Both the position numbers and the translations under genes were made by a program. The notes under the pieces are model-generated. The model was not told where the DNA came from. It saw only the letters and a list, made by a program, of their open reading frames with translations, and made no database searches. Shown here piece after piece: positions 61,960 through 64,000 of a DNA stretch of 64,000 nucleotides. Every line of letters starts with the position of its first letter. Position 1 is the stretch's first letter. Source of the stretch: Catajapyx aquilonaris (taxonomy: Eukaryota); assembly GCA_000934665.2 (NCBI GenBank), contig JYFJ02001221.1:1-64000 (forward strand), given 5' to 3'.

Positions 61960-64000
61960 GGGGGGAGATGCTGGAGTGACGTCAAGGGCGGCACACTTCA
62001 TACACAACGTGTTGAGGTGGCAGGTGTGAAGGAGTGGTGCGCTGTATAGGCCACACACATTCACGTACATTCACACAGGAGAAAGGCCGCTGAATAGAGA
62101 TGTTGAAGAAGAGACGAGATCCTGAGAAGCTGCAGTTCATGTGCTGTGCTTCTTTCGTGGTCGCACTGGAGAAGACATGTCTTAGGACCGCTGGTGACCT
62201 CGTCTACAGGTCAGTTATATTTTCATGACTCGCTTCGCCCCTTTCGCGCGCCTTCGGCGCTTGGCATCCCCGCGACTCCGCCCGAATTTTCATGATGAGT
62301 CGACACTAGACAGATAACATGATTGCTTGGTGTATATTTTAGAGAGAAGTTGAGGTCATGGGTTTCGACATATGTGCCGTGGTTGTTGCGTCAAGAGCTG
62401 TTGTCCGTGGCTCTGAGAGGAGGGAGGCTGTACAATGCGGTGGATCTTCTGTTGCTGGAGCTTCTTCTGGATTCGGATGTGCGAGAGTTGGTCCTGAGAC
62501 AGGTGAGAACAGTCACCTTGAATTTCTGCTGACATGTCATTTGCATACTTTTTTCCTGGATCATTTAACTCTCCCGCCTGGGGAATGTTTGTTCATCGAT
62601 GATGCCTTCGTCCCGTCGCGTCATTCGAGCGCGAATCCTTCCTTTTGTTGACTCTGGGATTAGATCCTGTCCGTCAGGGACTGGGAGTTACAGATAATTT
62701 CGGGGCTTAGGAGGGGAATCCCAATGAGAACATGTTTTCTGACGTCAAATGTTTTTCAACTGTTGTATGGGATAATGATATTTTCACTATCAGTAGGGCA
62801 GCACACTTTGCATTCAATAGAAGCTGTCTCATAACTGGAGTTTGACTGACTGTACAGGCTGGACGGGCTAAATAACAATTGTCTCGGGTTGGGGTTAAGT
62901 GAGTTCATTTGGTCTTCCCAAAATCTTGCAATGTGCTGTGCGTAATTAGTAACCTTTATAATTAGAAATTAGGCTTCAGTTCTCTGTCACTTTGAAACAT
63001 TCTTATGTACACTGGTCAACAGGTGAAAATATGTAGCACTTGCCTCTGGTACAATAGAAGAAAAATTCGAGTCAAAATTTATCTATGTTAGTTACATAAG
63101 TTTTGCACCTGGTATGGTGCTTTTGCATAACATTGCAGTATAAGATGGGTAGAAGTCTTTATGGAAACATGTTGGATAACTACATTTTTCTCATGTAACT
63201 TATTCATCGAAAAATGTCAGAGCTGTCATAGTGTGAAGGATATTGTTATCACTGGCTTGACAAACAATTATACAACCCTCACAAATTATTCAATTAGGCA
63301 TACTTCAAAGTTCATTATTGTGTTTACATTGCAATGCTACACTGGGGGGAGGGGGTGGGCTAATGTCATTCTTATCAAGTTTGTCGTCATGCCTGACTGT
63401 ATTGTGGATACAATGTATTCACATTTGCGCAACTCAAATGTCTATCTTCCTAATCAGTCAATGAGATATGGTCAACAAGCCCTCTTGAACCTGCAGATTG
63501 AATTCAATGTTAATAATTGTCCTGCAAATGTCAGTGTAAATGTAAATGTTCAGTGTAATCAGTTGGCCAAGAATCAGTCGACACAATAAATGGCCACATG
63601 CTCCTAAAAATAACATAAGTCGTTAATAATAAATTCTAATCAGCTTACTTTATCAGAAGTGTTTCAAGTTCGAGGTTGCTCTAAATGAACCTTTAACAGA
63701 AACACTCAATATCCTGTGTTTTAAAAATGTTCAGTACCACTCAGCTGTCAAAAGATGTCTTTAAAATGTTTGTACGTCAGTCACATATTCATAATGTAAG
63801 TACCATGACTGAAGGCTCTATGACTCTCAACTCTGGCGATTTCTCATAGTCCAGAGCTTTAATGTGGGATGCAATTTGCTCACAACTTTCTCCACTTTGC
63901 TTCAGGTTCGACCATTCTATTGGACCTCATTCTTGTCAATAGTGGCCAGATATGGTGGGGGACTGGAAACTCTTTCCCTGGAGGATTCAGGTGGAACTCC
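61960..64000 (+). other. Possible 5' region (leading exons) of a further plus-strand gene that continues beyond the window
   Basis: CpG-richer block with TGACGTCA at 61977, donor-like sites CAG|GTCAGT (about 62209) and CAG|GTGAGA (about 62503), and an acceptor-like TTTGCTTCAG ending at 63905. No recognisable protein. Confidence 0.3.

Noticed and set aside
62218..62310. GC-rich CGCTTCGC stretch ending in CTAG as a second Helitron
   Set aside because: No matching 5' TC terminus could be defined; too fragmentary to call.

Overview
Intron-rich eukaryotic genomic DNA, arthropod and probably insect (HR96, MADF-BESS, peritrophin-A domains, wurst). I assembled gene models by hand from GT-AG junctions with consistent reading phase. 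Left to right: succinyl-CoA ligase alpha (-, 3' end outside the window, satellite in its intron); MADF-BESS factor (-), head-to-head with nuclear receptor HR96 (+); three tandem secreted chitin-binding (CBM14) peptide genes with furin-type sites (+); 16-exon attractin (-), head-to-head with a WDR49/WDY-like WD40 gene (+); an F-box/LRR gene (-); ZIP13 (+), whose 8.8 kb first intron holds a complete same-strand DNAJC22/wurst gene and a possible antisense orphan gene; a short WW-EF-ZZ dystrophin-family gene (-). Introns contain many non-autonomous elements (Tc1/mariner, PIF/Harbinger and hAT-like MITEs, a Helitron, a tRNA-derived SINE, hairpins). No CRISPR, rRNA or prokaryotic system is evident. 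The most interesting items are the processed chitin-binding peptide cluster and the nested genes in ZIP13. Family assignments rest on motif recognition only; no database search was run.
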